A stretch of 64,000 bases of DNA, from NCBI GenBank assembly GCA_026002935.1, contig BPGH01000001.1:26814-90813 (forward strand), written 5' to 3'. Shown here piece after piece: positions 1 to 8,770 of this stretch (positions are counted from its first letter, which is position 1; every line of letters begins with the position of its first letter). Below the pieces are notes generated by a model. That model was given only the letters and a program-made list of their open reading frames with translations, had not been told where the DNA came from and did not search any database. This DNA is from Acidimicrobiia bacterium. GTDB taxonomy: Bacteria; Actinomycetota; Acidimicrobiia; IMCC26256; PALSA-610. Position numbers and translations under genes: made by a program.

Positions 1-170
1 GACGCGGCGAACCGGTTGAGCACCGCGACCGGGGCCAGAGACGGCAGACGCCGGGCGTATTGCGAGAACCAGGCGGCGCGCGGGTGGAGGCACAACGCCT
101 TGTAGACGAGCGTCGTCCCCGAGCGCGCCGGGCCGATCACGAACACCGGACGCTCGGCGGCCGCGCTCAC
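1..170 (-). CDS. Sulfotransferase family protein (N-terminal fragment; gene runs off the window start)
   Basis: Minus-strand GTG at 170-168 opens VSAAAERPVFVIGPARSGTTLVYKALCLHP..., a PAPS 5'-phosphosulfate-binding loop (GPxRSGTT). The start overlaps the stop of the preceding sulfotransferase gene as GTGA (167-170). Below the ORF-track length cutoff; read directly from the sequence. Confidence 0.5.
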   Translation of the reverse strand, partial: MSAAAERPVFVIGPARSGTTLVYKALCLHPRAAWFSQYARRLPSLAPVAVLNRFAA

Positions 171-1123
171 GCGGCCTCCCCGTGCCGCGCGACCTCCCGG
201 CCACCGGCCCCGGCCGCGACCGTGCGCCGGACCGGTGCGGTGACCGCGCCGATCAGCCATCGGGTCGCCCCGGGCAGCTCCCGTTGCCACGCTTCGTCGG
301 CACGGATGCGCACCAGGCCGCTGCGCAACCGGTCGGGGTTCCCCGCGACCCGGTGGCCGGGCCGGACGACCAGCGAACGCCGGTCGACGAACGTCGCCGG
401 CGCGTCGTGCCCGACGAAGCGGAGGACCTCCTCCACCGCACGGGGCGCGTCGCGCACGAGGTCCTCGTAACGCAACAGCCGGTACCGCGACGATCCCGAC
501 CACAGCCGCGCGGCGCTGAGGTTCCAGACCGTCCACAGCGCCGTGGACCGCCACGGCCCGAACCGCTCCATGTACTCACGCGGTGCACCCGCCTCGAGGG
601 GCTTGTGACGCTGCCAGGAGTACGCCGTCGCGCGGGGGTCGCGGACGAGGTGTACGACGTGCAGGCGCACGCCGTGCGCCCGTTCGACCAGGTGCCCGTA
701 CATCGGCGACTTCGAGGAGTCGACGACCAGCCGCGCGTCCGCGACCTCGGCGACCGCGCGGTACAGGCGACCGAGCACGTCGCGCAACACCGCCGTGCGC
801 CGCTCGACGCGCGCCCGGCGGCCCGCGAGGAACGCGAGCGCGTGGCGGACCCGCGTGCCGTTGCGGAGCGCCGCGAGCACCTCGGCCACGAGCTCGTACG
901 AGCACCCGCCGTACGCCCGCTCGAGCACGGCGGCCCAGAAGGGGCACTCGCGGAACGGCCGGCCACAGCCGCACAGACGGTTCTCGCAGTGGCCGCGCTC
1001 CCAGACGTAGCGGGCCTCGCCGACCGACGCGACACCGGCGACCGACCCCAGCATGCCGTCGAGCAGCGTCGAGCCGCTCCGACCGGATCCCGCGATGAGC
1101 AACACGTCCACGTCCTCGGGCAC
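167..1123 (-). CDS. Sulfotransferase family protein
   Basis: 318-aa ORF. Motifs: IAGSGRSGSTLL PAPS-binding loop, VHLVRDPR 3'-PB-like motif, Cys cluster CENRLCGCGRPFRECPFW. SD-like ggaggcgg a few nt upstream of GTG 1123. Confidence 0.8.
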   Translation of the reverse strand: MPEDVDVLLIAGSGRSGSTLLDGMLGSVAGVASVGEARYVWERGHCENRLCGCGRPFRECPFWAAVLERAYGGCSYELVAEVLAALRNGTRVRHALAFLAGRRARVERRTAVLRDVLGRLYRAVAEVADARLVVDSSKSPMYGHLVERAHGVRLHVVHLVRDPRATAYSWQRHKPLEAGAPREYMERFGPWRSTALWTVWNLSAARLWSGSSRYRLLRYEDLVRDAPRAVEEVLRFVGHDAPATFVDRRSLVVRPGHRVAGNPDRLRSGLVRIRADEAWQRELPGATRWLIGAVTAPVRRTVAAGAGGREVARHGEAA

Positions 1124-1276
1124 GTCCGCCTCCGTCGCCGACCCACGACCGCGCAGGATGGTCGCGCCCGCGACGGGTCGCGCCCGGGGGGCGGGGCGCC
1201 CGCATCTCGACTGTTCACCTGCCCATAACCGGGTGCATCGCGAGTGGCTCGGTACGCCCCCCTACCGTGATCGCCC

Positions 1277-2794
1277 GTGACCAGGCGGGTCGTCGGCCTC
1301 ATCGCGCTGCTCCTCGTCGCCGCGACCGTCACGACCGCGTGCTCCGACGGCGGGGGCGGCGAGGAGGAGCGTTCCGGGGCGGCCGCGGCGGGGACGGCAG
1401 CGACGGCCACGGCGCCCGGACGCGACCGCGCCGGTCCGGTCGCCGCGGCGACCGCCACGCGCGCACTCGCCGATCCGGCGTTCGGGGTCAAGTACGACCG
1501 CTTCCGCGAGCTCGACGGGTCGGACGCGTACCTCCGCTCCCTCCCGCGCGGCGTCACGTGGTACGAGGTCGAACGCTGCGTCGTCGAGCCACGGCCCGGT
1601 GAGTACGACTGGCGCACCGTCGACGGCGCCGTCGCGCAGACCGACGCCCTGGGTTGGGAGGTCGTGCTCAAGATCCGGACCGGGTCGTGCTGGGTGACCG
1701 GACAGGCGGTGGGCGACGACACCGGCCGCCGCCGGATGTCGACCTCCCTCCTCCCGCTCGACCTGGAGGCCCACGCCGAGTTCGTCCGGCGGCTGGTCGG
1801 GCGCTACGCCCCCCTCGGCGTGCACGCCTGGGCGATCGAGAACGAGGTCAACGCGCTGAACTTCTGGCAGTCGGGCGCGGACGACTACCAGCGCCTCGCC
1901 CGGGTCGTGTCCGGTGCCGTGCGCAGCGCCGACCCGGAAGCCGTCGTCTACGACAGTGGAATCAGCAGTGCGGGATACGGCACCGCGATCGCCAGGATGT
2001 ACCTCGAGCGCGGCGACGAGGCACGGGCGGTCGCCGCCTACAACGCGTACTACGACCGGCGGTTCTCGACCCGTGCCGCCGACTACCAGCGGGTCGACGA
2101 CGCCGAGGAGCTGCGCGCGCAGCTCGACTCCGACCGGGGGCGGTTGAACCTCGCGTTCGTCGACGCCACGCTCGCGCTCGCGGCCGAAGGCGTGTTCGAC
2201 GTCTGGCAGCTCCACTTCTACGAACACTGGCGGAACGTCGACGGGCTCCTCGAGTTCCTGCACCGGTCGCTGCCGCCGTCGATGCCGATCGAGGCCCTGG
2301 AGGTCGGGCTCTTCAACCCCGACGACCGGTTCGACCCCGCCCAGCACGCGAGCGAGGTCGTGCACACCGTCGCCCGGCTCCTCGCGGGCGGCGTCCGGCG
2401 GATCGTGTTCCTGCCCCTCGCCCACAACCCCGACGGGCGTGAGCCCGAGGAGATCCGGTGGGGCCTGCTCGACCCGCACACCGGCACACCGCGCGTCGCC
2501 GCATCGCTGTTCGCCACGTTGGCCGCCGCGGGATCGGCCGCGGGCGCCGCGACACTGGTCGTGAGCCACGACGGCGTGACCATGGTCGCGGTGGGCGGCA
2601 CGCGCCGGTCCGCACTGATCGCCTGGGCCGACGCCGGCACGCGGCTGGGGCCGCGGCCGGAGCCGCTGGGCGGGATCCGCGCCGACGGTTCGAAGGCGCA
2701 GTGGGGGCCCGGCGGCCTCGCGCTCGATCCGGACCCGGTGGTGTTCACGGCCGACGTCGCGCTCGCAGAGATCGGCGAGATCGCGGGGGGCTGA
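1277..2794 (+). CDS. Lipoprotein, glycoside-hydrolase-like TIM barrel (clan GH-A-like)
   Basis: 505-aa ORF. Signal peptide with lipobox (LLLVAATVTTAC). WAIENEVN (acid/base NE-type motif) and a later IEALEVG / WQLHFYE candidate nucleophile region resemble clan GH-A glycosidases. Family not assignable by eye. TACCGT hexamer at 1263-1268 lies 8 nt upstream of GTG 1277. Confidence 0.55.
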   Translation: MTRRVVGLIALLLVAATVTTACSDGGGGEEERSGAAAAGTAATATAPGRDRAGPVAAATATRALADPAFGVKYDRFRELDGSDAYLRSLPRGVTWYEVERCVVEPRPGEYDWRTVDGAVAQTDALGWEVVLKIRTGSCWVTGQAVGDDTGRRRMSTSLLPLDLEAHAEFVRRLVGRYAPLGVHAWAIENEVNALNFWQSGADDYQRLARVVSGAVRSADPEAVVYDSGISSAGYGTAIARMYLERGDEARAVAAYNAYYDRRFSTRAADYQRVDDAEELRAQLDSDRGRLNLAFVDATLALAAEGVFDVWQLHFYEHWRNVDGLLEFLHRSLPPSMPIEALEVGLFNPDDRFDPAQHASEVVHTVARLLAGGVRRIVFLPLAHNPDGREPEEIRWGLLDPHTGTPRVAASLFATLAAAGSAAGAATLVVSHDGVTMVAVGGTRRSALIAWADAGTRLGPRPEPLGGIRADGSKAQWGPGGLALDPDPVVFTADVALAEIGEIAGG

Positions 2795-2809
2795 GGCGGG
2801 CAGCCGGGC

Positions 2810-3613
2810 TCACGGCGCGCTCCACGCGAACTCGCGCCCGACCAACGCGAAGGTCGCGGCGTTCGAGGCCGCGAAGCGCTCGGCCAGGCGCCGCCGGACC
2901 GTCGCGGGCATCCCGGGCGCGCCCGACGGCTTCAACCTCGGGACGCGGCGCGGCGGGACGGGCGGGAGACCCAGGAACGCCTGGACCCGCCCGACGCCGG
3001 CGACGGGGTCGGCGAACAGCTCACCGTGGTCGAGCACGAGCACGTCGTCGGGCGGGAAGCACGAGAACAGGCGGGCGAGCTGCACGTCGTAGCGACCGCG
3101 CGCCAGGTACGAGTGGTGGCGGTGCGCACGGCTCACGTAGGTGGGATCGCGCGCGAGCCGCTCCTCCTCGCCGAGCAGCCGTTCGTGCTCGGCGTCGATG
3201 GCGGCTTCGAAGGAGAGCTGCTCGAACCCGCGCGCGACCTCGTACGCGTGGTGCGACCAGGCCCGCTCGACCGGGTCTCGGAGCACGACGACGAGCCGGA
3301 CCCCGGGGAGCACGGCCCGGATGCGGGACGGCGCGAGCGGATGGAAGAGGTAGTACGGACTCGCCTCGCCGGTGACGACCGGCATCCCGATCCGCCGGGC
3401 CCTCGCCGCAGCCCGGCGCGCGCTGGGGAAGTGCGATCGGAACCAGTCCCAACCGAACCCGTGGTTCACGTCGAAGTAGCGCGTGCCCTTCGGCACGTTC
3501 GGCGGGAGCACGGCCGGGTGCTGCGCGATCACCTGCTGCAGCGTCGAGGTCCCCGCGCGCTTGACACCGACCACGAGGTACGAGGGCAGCAACCGCGAAC
3601 GCGCGGTGGCCAT
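2810..3613 (-). CDS. Sulfotransferase domain protein (heparan-sulfate-sulfotransferase-like fold)
   Basis: ORF 2810..3829. Motifs: YLVVGVKRAGTSTLQQ (5'-PSB loop) and VVVLRDPVERAWSHH (3'-PB). Start set at ATG 3613 (MATARSRLLPSYLVVG), 10 aa before the P-loop. The track start at 3829 would overlap the divergent gene at 3813. Start uncertain. Confidence 0.65.
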   Translation of the reverse strand: MATARSRLLPSYLVVGVKRAGTSTLQQVIAQHPAVLPPNVPKGTRYFDVNHGFGWDWFRSHFPSARRAAARARRIGMPVVTGEASPYYLFHPLAPSRIRAVLPGVRLVVVLRDPVERAWSHHAYEVARGFEQLSFEAAIDAEHERLLGEEERLARDPTYVSRAHRHHSYLARGRYDVQLARLFSCFPPDDVLVLDHGELFADPVAGVGRVQAFLGLPPVPPRRVPRLKPSGAPGMPATVRRRLAERFAASNAATFALVGREFAWSAP

Positions 3614-3812
3614 CAGCAGGCGGCGTCCGAGCGGCACGCCCGCGTTGCGGTCCGGGTCGGTCGGCACGGACACATCGTGGCGATCCGACGATTGCGCGGC
3701 GGTGAACGAGGGCCGAAAGGTCGCCGGACCCGCCCAGGACGGGGCCGACGCGATCCAGACTCTCGCCGACCGGGCGCGGCCGTCGGGGACGCGCCCATGC
3801 GTGAGAGGCCTG

Positions 3813-4706
3813 ATGACGATGTCGACCACCCACCGCCACGCGACCCGATCCCTGCGCGTCGTGCTCGCCGTCGTGCTCGCCTTCGTGGCGGTCGCCGGGG
3901 CGTTCTCGGCGGCACCGGCGGGGGCCGACGGGGTCGAGGTACCGGGACGCGAGGTGCGGGATCACGGGTACAACCGCTTCTGCCACGAGACGCGCCTGCG
4001 CAACGGCGCCCTCGTCCCCGGCCTCGACACCCTCTACGGCCAGACCTGGCAGGGCCCGCGCCGCTCCGGCCTCGCCGGCGCGCCGCCCACCTTCACCGTC
4101 ACCGACGGCACCGTCACCGTCACCGTCACCGGCTTCACCGGCACCAGCTTCGACTGGTCCTCCGACATCCCGCTCGACGGCGTGTTCGTCAACGCCGGGA
4201 CGGCACCCCACGCCGCACACCGCTTCTACCGCTACGACCCCGAGACCACCTCGGACACGGGCCTCACCAGCGCCGACGCGACGACGCCCATCGACCACAT
4301 CCAGTTCTGCTACGACCTCGGCCCCGACCGCGAGGTGCGGGATCACGGGTACAACCGCTTCTGCCACGAGACGCGCCTGCGCAACGGCGCCCTCGTCCCC
4401 GGCCTCGACACCCTCTACGGCCAGACCTGGCAGGGCCCGCGCCGCTCCGGCCTCGCCGGCGCGCCGCCCACCTTCACCGTCACCGACGGCACCGTCACCG
4501 TCACCGTCACCGGCTTCACCGGCACCAGCTTCGACTGGTCCTCCGACATCCCGCTCGACGGCGTGTTCGTCAACGCCGGGACGGCACCCCACGCCGCACA
4601 CCGCTTCTACCGCTACGACCCCGAGACCACCTCGGACACGGGCCTCACCAGCGCCGACGCGACGACGCCCATCGACCACATCCAGTTCTGCTACGACGTG
4701 CCGTGA
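3813..4706 (+). CDS. Secreted protein made of two identical copies of an unrecognised ~125-aa Cys-bracketed module
   Basis: In-frame ATG 3813 preceded by gagagg SD. Signal peptide MTMSTTHRHATRSLRVVLAVVLAFVAVAGAFSAAPAGA. Then two copies of REVRDHGYNRFCHETRL...GFTGTSFDWSSDIPLDGVFVNAG...AHRFYRYDP...PIDHIQFCYD. Confidence 0.75.
   Translation: MTMSTTHRHATRSLRVVLAVVLAFVAVAGAFSAAPAGADGVEVPGREVRDHGYNRFCHETRLRNGALVPGLDTLYGQTWQGPRRSGLAGAPPTFTVTDGTVTVTVTGFTGTSFDWSSDIPLDGVFVNAGTAPHAAHRFYRYDPETTSDTGLTSADATTPIDHIQFCYDLGPDREVRDHGYNRFCHETRLRNGALVPGLDTLYGQTWQGPRRSGLAGAPPTFTVTDGTVTVTVTGFTGTSFDWSSDIPLDGVFVNAGTAPHAAHRFYRYDPETTSDTGLTSADATTPIDHIQFCYDVP
3948..4697 (+). repeat. Perfect direct tandem duplication: 369 bp at 3948-4316 and 4329-4697 (period 381 bp, 12-bp junction)
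   Basis: Base-by-base comparison of the two stretches shows no mismatch. Both translate to the same 123 aa. The antisense ORF track (3021..4865) shows the same duplication. Confidence 0.95.
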
Positions 4707-4834
4707 GGAACGGTGGCCGACGCGGCGGTGACGCGCGGGCGACACGCGCCCGAACGATCGGGGGTCGGCCCGTCCCGCGGGCCCGCCCGCTCCGTAAGGT
4801 CGCAGCGCCCGGACTCCCACGTGGAGGTGTCGTC

Positions 4835-6040
4835 GTGACCCCGTCTCGTCGTGCTGCGCTGGCACCGATCCTCGCAGTCGTCCTCGTCGGCGTGTCGTGG
4901 TTCTGGGCCGTCCGCGCGGCCGGAGCGGACGAGGTCGTGCCGGTGACGGGGAACCGCTACTGCACGGAGACGAACGTCGGCGGCACGACCGTCCGCGGCC
5001 TCGACACCGACTACGGCGAGCGCTGGCGGGACGTCCGCCTGCGTGAGCTCGACCCGACCCGGCCGGACCACACCGCGGGCGACGGGACGCTGGAGGTCAC
5101 GATCACCGGCTTCACCGGCACCGGCTTCGACTGGTCGTCGAACATCCCGATCGACGGTGTGTTCGTCAACGCCGGGGCCGCACCCGCCACCGCGCACCGC
5201 TTCTACCGCTACGACCCCGAGGCCACCTCCGGCACCGGGCTGACCGGCGCGGACGGCACGACGCCCATCGACCACATCTCCTTCTGCTACGACGTCGAGG
5301 GCGACGACGACGACGGATACGACGGGCCCGCGACGCGCATCGAGGTCGCCGGCAACCGGTACTGCACCGACACGGTGGTCGGCGGGACGACGATCCCCGG
5401 GCTCGACGACGAGCACGGGGGCGGCGCCCGGTGGGCCGACGTGCGGTTGCGCAGCCTCGACCCGACCCGCCCGGACTACACGGTCACGGCCGGCGACGTC
5501 GAGGTGACGGTCAGCGGGTTCACGGGCACGAGCTTCGACTGGAGCGCGACCCGACCGCTCGTCGGCGTCTTCGTCAACGCCGGGACCCGGCCGGACACCG
5601 CGCACCTCTTCTACCGCTACGACCCGCCCGTCTCGGCCGACTCGGGCCTCACCGCCGCCGACCCGTCGGTGCCGATCGACCACGTCTCGTTCTGCTACCT
5701 GGCCGCCGAGGGGCCGTCGACGTCGACGACCGTCGCGAGCTCGACGTCGGCGCCCACCACGCAGCCGGGGTCCTCGACGACGGTCGCGGGGGCGACGAGC
5801 TCGTCGACGAGCGCGGCGCAGTCGAGCACGAGCACCACGGACGTCGGCGGCGCCGGCGCGTCGACCACCACGGCCGACCCGGGAGGCACGGGGGACGGTT
5901 CCTCCGTGCTCGGCACGCTCGCCACGTTGCCGTTCACCGGCGGCGACACCGGGCTGTGGCTGCTCACCGGCTCGTCGCTCGTCGCGGCCGGCGCCTTCAC
6001 CACCGCGGCGCTGCGGGACGCCCGCCGGCGCCGGCGCTGA
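4835..6040 (+). CDS. LPXTG-anchored cell-wall surface protein with two diverged copies of the same unrecognised module
   Basis: GTG 4835 with GGAGG 7 nt upstream. Signal peptide VTPSRRAALAPILAVVLVGVSWFWAVRAAGA. Modules at about 4952-5293 and 5354-5698 (NRYCTET...ISFCYD; NRYCTDT...VSFCYL). Ser/Thr-rich stalk. LPFTG (5927-5941) followed by a hydrophobic span and an RRRRR tail. Confidence 0.8.
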   Translation: MTPSRRAALAPILAVVLVGVSWFWAVRAAGADEVVPVTGNRYCTETNVGGTTVRGLDTDYGERWRDVRLRELDPTRPDHTAGDGTLEVTITGFTGTGFDWSSNIPIDGVFVNAGAAPATAHRFYRYDPEATSGTGLTGADGTTPIDHISFCYDVEGDDDDGYDGPATRIEVAGNRYCTDTVVGGTTIPGLDDEHGGGARWADVRLRSLDPTRPDYTVTAGDVEVTVSGFTGTSFDWSATRPLVGVFVNAGTRPDTAHLFYRYDPPVSADSGLTAADPSVPIDHVSFCYLAAEGPSTSTTVASSTSAPTTQPGSSTTVAGATSSSTSAAQSSTSTTDVGGAGASTTTADPGGTGDGSSVLGTLATLPFTGGDTGLWLLTGSSLVAAGAFTTAALRDARRRRR

Positions 6041-6084
6041 CGTCGGCGGACGCGCCGCCGGGCCCCGGGGGGCACGGGGACGCC

Positions 6085-7302
6085 CTAGAACCAGCTCGTC
6101 GACGCGGCGGCCGGTGAGGACGCGAACATCGCGTCGGCGCGCGCGAGGGTCCGGCCGTCGCGGGCGGCGACGGTCCCGGCCTGGGCGAGCTCGCTCCAGC
6201 GGTTCCCCCCGAGCGCCACCGCGCCCAGCGCCGCGGCGCTGCACGACAGGTCGGCCTCCTCGGTGGTCGGGACGCACGCAGCGTCGCGGTCTTCGCCCTC
6301 GACCGCGAGCCGCGCCCGGGCGCCGTCGGGCTGGTGCACCTCGACCACCAGCCGGTCCGCGCGCGGCGCGTAGCGCCGCGCCGCGAGCAGCGCCCGCGGG
6401 TCGAGCGGCGCGAGCCACAGGCCGTCGTTGACGTAGCGGACGCGCACGCGCCGTGGGTCCGTCACGAGGTGCCGTAGCGGCTCGTCGACGGGCAGGTCGT
6501 CTCCGGCCACCGAGGCCACGAGGTCCACCCCGAAGACGTATCGCCACAGCGCGGCGCGCACGCCGGGCGCCGCGGCCTGGAGGTCGAAGACCCGCAGGCG
6601 CCGGTCGGGGAGCCCGCCGTCCCACCCGCCGGTGATCTCGTAGGCGACGAACCCGTCCGCCGCGCCCGAGGTGTCCTCGTGGACCACGAAGAACACCGCC
6701 TGGTCGGTCCGCACCCGCGCGAAGTACTCCTCGGGCCACCAGGTGGCGGGACGCGACACCGCGCCCGCCCGGGCGCGCCGTAGCCGGTCGTACACCGCCG
6801 GCAGCACCTCGGCCGCCTCCGCGGCGTCGATCATGCGGAGCCGGCCGGCGCGCACCTCGTCGCGGAACCGGACGCGGGCGCGATCGGCCTCGACCCCGAG
6901 TCGCCACGCCGCGACGCCGTAGCCGAACCGTCCGTAGATCGCGCCCTCCGACGCGGTGAGCACGGCGACCGGCTCCTCACGCGCGCGTGCGTCGGCGTGC
7001 AGCGCCTCGATCATGCGGGTGAGCACGCCGCGTCGGCGGTGCGTCGGGATCACCGCGACCCACGACACGGCGGCCGCCGGGACGACCCCGCCGCCGGGCA
7101 GGGTCAGCTCGAACGAGTACGCGCGGCTCGTCCCCACGATCTCGCCGTCCTCGATCGCGGCGCGCGTCCGGTCGAGCTCGGCCTCGGTCCACGTGCGGGG
7201 CCCGCCGGGCGCGGCCGGGGCGACGCCGAAGCCCCGCAGGTCGGCGCGGCGGAAGTCGTCGACCTCGGCGGCGCCGACGGGCCGGATCTCGAGCGGCACC
7301 AC
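6085..7302 (-). CDS. Eis-like GNAT N-acetyltransferase (GNAT + SCP2-like C-terminal domain family)
   Basis: 405-aa ORF. Motifs VIPTHRRRGVLTRM (acetyl-CoA binding Q/RxxGxG/A-like) and ASEGAIYGRFGYG. Overall length and order are typical of the Eis/UPF0256 family. Confidence 0.75.
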   Translation of the reverse strand: MVPLEIRPVGAAEVDDFRRADLRGFGVAPAAPGGPRTWTEAELDRTRAAIEDGEIVGTSRAYSFELTLPGGGVVPAAAVSWVAVIPTHRRRGVLTRMIEALHADARAREEPVAVLTASEGAIYGRFGYGVAAWRLGVEADRARVRFRDEVRAGRLRMIDAAEAAEVLPAVYDRLRRARAGAVSRPATWWPEEYFARVRTDQAVFFVVHEDTSGAADGFVAYEITGGWDGGLPDRRLRVFDLQAAAPGVRAALWRYVFGVDLVASVAGDDLPVDEPLRHLVTDPRRVRVRYVNDGLWLAPLDPRALLAARRYAPRADRLVVEVHQPDGARARLAVEGEDRDAACVPTTEEADLSCSAAALGAVALGGNRWSELAQAGTVAARDGRTLARADAMFASSPAAASTSWF

Positions 7303-7308
7303 GCGGTT

Positions 7309-8589
7309 CTAGCCGCGCGGGGCGCCGGGCGCCGGTGGATTTCGCGGTGCCTCCTGCCGGCGCACGGCGCCGACGTAGGTGAGCCCGCCGAACAGGAGCA
7401 CGACCGACACGAGGAACACCCCCGAGCGGCCGCCCCCGAAGAAGACGGTGGCGAGGACGCCGCCCACGACCCAGACGATCTGGAATCGCGTCTCGAATCG
7501 CGCGAAGGCGCGACCGCGCACGGCGTCGTGACCGTCACGCTGCAGGAGGCTGTCGAAGGCGAGCCGGGCGGACGCCGCCGCGAACGCGACGGCGAACGCG
7601 GCGAACGTGAGCGACGGCCGACCGTACTCGCGCGCCGCGAACAGCAGGGGTACGGCCGGGACCACGAGCGACGCGGCGAGGATCCACTCCTCGCGCAGCC
7701 GGCGGCGCAGCAGGGGCGCCGCGATCGTGCCGAGGCCGTTCCCGAGAGCGCTCGCGAGCAGCACGACCCCGTACACCCATGCCGCCTCGTCCTGCTTCTT
7801 GAGGACGAACGCGGCGAAGAACGTGGTGAACCCGACGACCCCCCGGACGACGGCCATCGCGCCGCCCGCGGCGACGATGCTCGGTGCGTGGAGCGCTTCG
7901 CGCTCCTCGGGGGTCTCGTCGCGCGCCACGTGCCTCGCGCGCGGGATCGCGAGCGCGGCGGCCACCCCGAGCACGAAGATCAGCGCGCCGACGCGCAGCA
8001 CCCACTCGGGCCCGGCGAGCTTGAGCAGGACGGCCGCGATCGGACCGCCGGCGACCCCGCCGATCACGCCGATCAGCGCGAGCCGCGAGTTCGCCGCGAC
8101 GAGCTCCTCGGGGCTGTCGGTCACGGCGGGCACGAGCGCGCTCTTCGAGACCGACGCGCCCTTCGAGAGCACGAGCGTCCCGAACACGAGGGGGTAGAGC
8201 ACGAGCTCGTCGAGGGCATCGGCCATCGCGACGCACAGGACCGCCCGCCCGGCGAACGTCGCGGCCATCACGAGCCGGCGCCCTCCCCGCGTGCGGTCGA
8301 GGAGCGGGCCGAGGATCGGCGCGACGACCGCGAACGGGGCCATCGTCAGCAACAGGTACAGCAGCACGTCTCCCCGCGCCGCGCCCGCCGGCGCCGAGAA
8401 GAAGATCGAGTCCGCGAGGGACACGGTGACGAAGACGTCGGCGCACACGCCGACCGCGTGCGCGAGGGCGAGCCGCGCGAACGGCGTGAACGTGGTCGAC
8501 TCGAGGCGTGGGCGCGCTTCCGTAGTCGCGGCAGGGTACCGCCGTACCGGACCGGCATCCGTTTCCCGAACGCGAAACGCGCCGTTCAC
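7309..8589 (-). CDS. MFS-type transporter
   Basis: ORF 7309..8772 is hydrophobic with about 12 predicted helices. LGPLLDRTRGGRR loop resembles the MFS motif A region. Start placed at GTG 8589 because the track start would collide with ppk1. Start uncertain. Confidence 0.6.
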   Translation of the reverse strand: MNGAFRVRETDAGPVRRYPAATTEARPRLESTTFTPFARLALAHAVGVCADVFVTVSLADSIFFSAPAGAARGDVLLYLLLTMAPFAVVAPILGPLLDRTRGGRRLVMAATFAGRAVLCVAMADALDELVLYPLVFGTLVLSKGASVSKSALVPAVTDSPEELVAANSRLALIGVIGGVAGGPIAAVLLKLAGPEWVLRVGALIFVLGVAAALAIPRARHVARDETPEEREALHAPSIVAAGGAMAVVRGVVGFTTFFAAFVLKKQDEAAWVYGVVLLASALGNGLGTIAAPLLRRRLREEWILAASLVVPAVPLLFAAREYGRPSLTFAAFAVAFAAASARLAFDSLLQRDGHDAVRGRAFARFETRFQIVWVVGGVLATVFFGGGRSGVFLVSVVLLFGGLTYVGAVRRQEAPRNPPAPGAPRG

Positions 8590-8770
8590 CCGTTCGTCGC
8601 CCGGACGACCGGAGGCGGCGAGGACCGCGCAACGTCGCGTGCCTACGCTGCGCGTGTGGCACCCGCGCCACCCCGCCCGTGACCGCAGCGCCCGGAGACC
8701 TGCAACTCCCCCGTGACCTCCGGACCTGCGGGCGGGCGGGAGGCCCCGTCGGCGCCTGTACGATCGCGGC

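Noticed and set aside
1213-1219. Single GTTCACC hits as extra PHO boxes. Sites: 1213-1219 (GH/sulfotransferase promoter), 8584-8590 (MFS/ppk1 intergenic), 15304-15310 (senX3 start), 34230-34246 (upstream of GH2, second unit GTTCCCG at 10-nt spacing) and 36460-36474 (sdhC leader, 8-nt spacing)
   Set aside because: About five chance GTTCACC occurrences are expected in 128 kb of two-strand sequence at this base composition. None of these has convincing 11-nt-phased partners. A Pho link to the sulfotransferase locus would be interesting but is not supported by one heptamer.
4110-4130. (ACCGTC)n hexanucleotide run (also at 4491-4511) as a phase-variation tract
   Set aside because: The unit length is a multiple of three, so slippage cannot switch the frame. 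It encodes a TVTVTVT beta-strand-like segment conserved in the module.
3021-6907. Long minus-strand ORFs 3021..4865 and 4691..6907 opposite the repeat-module genes
   Set aside because: They have low-complexity composition. The first merely mirrors the 369-bp duplication. The plus-strand frames carry signal peptides, an LPXTG signal and conserved modules.
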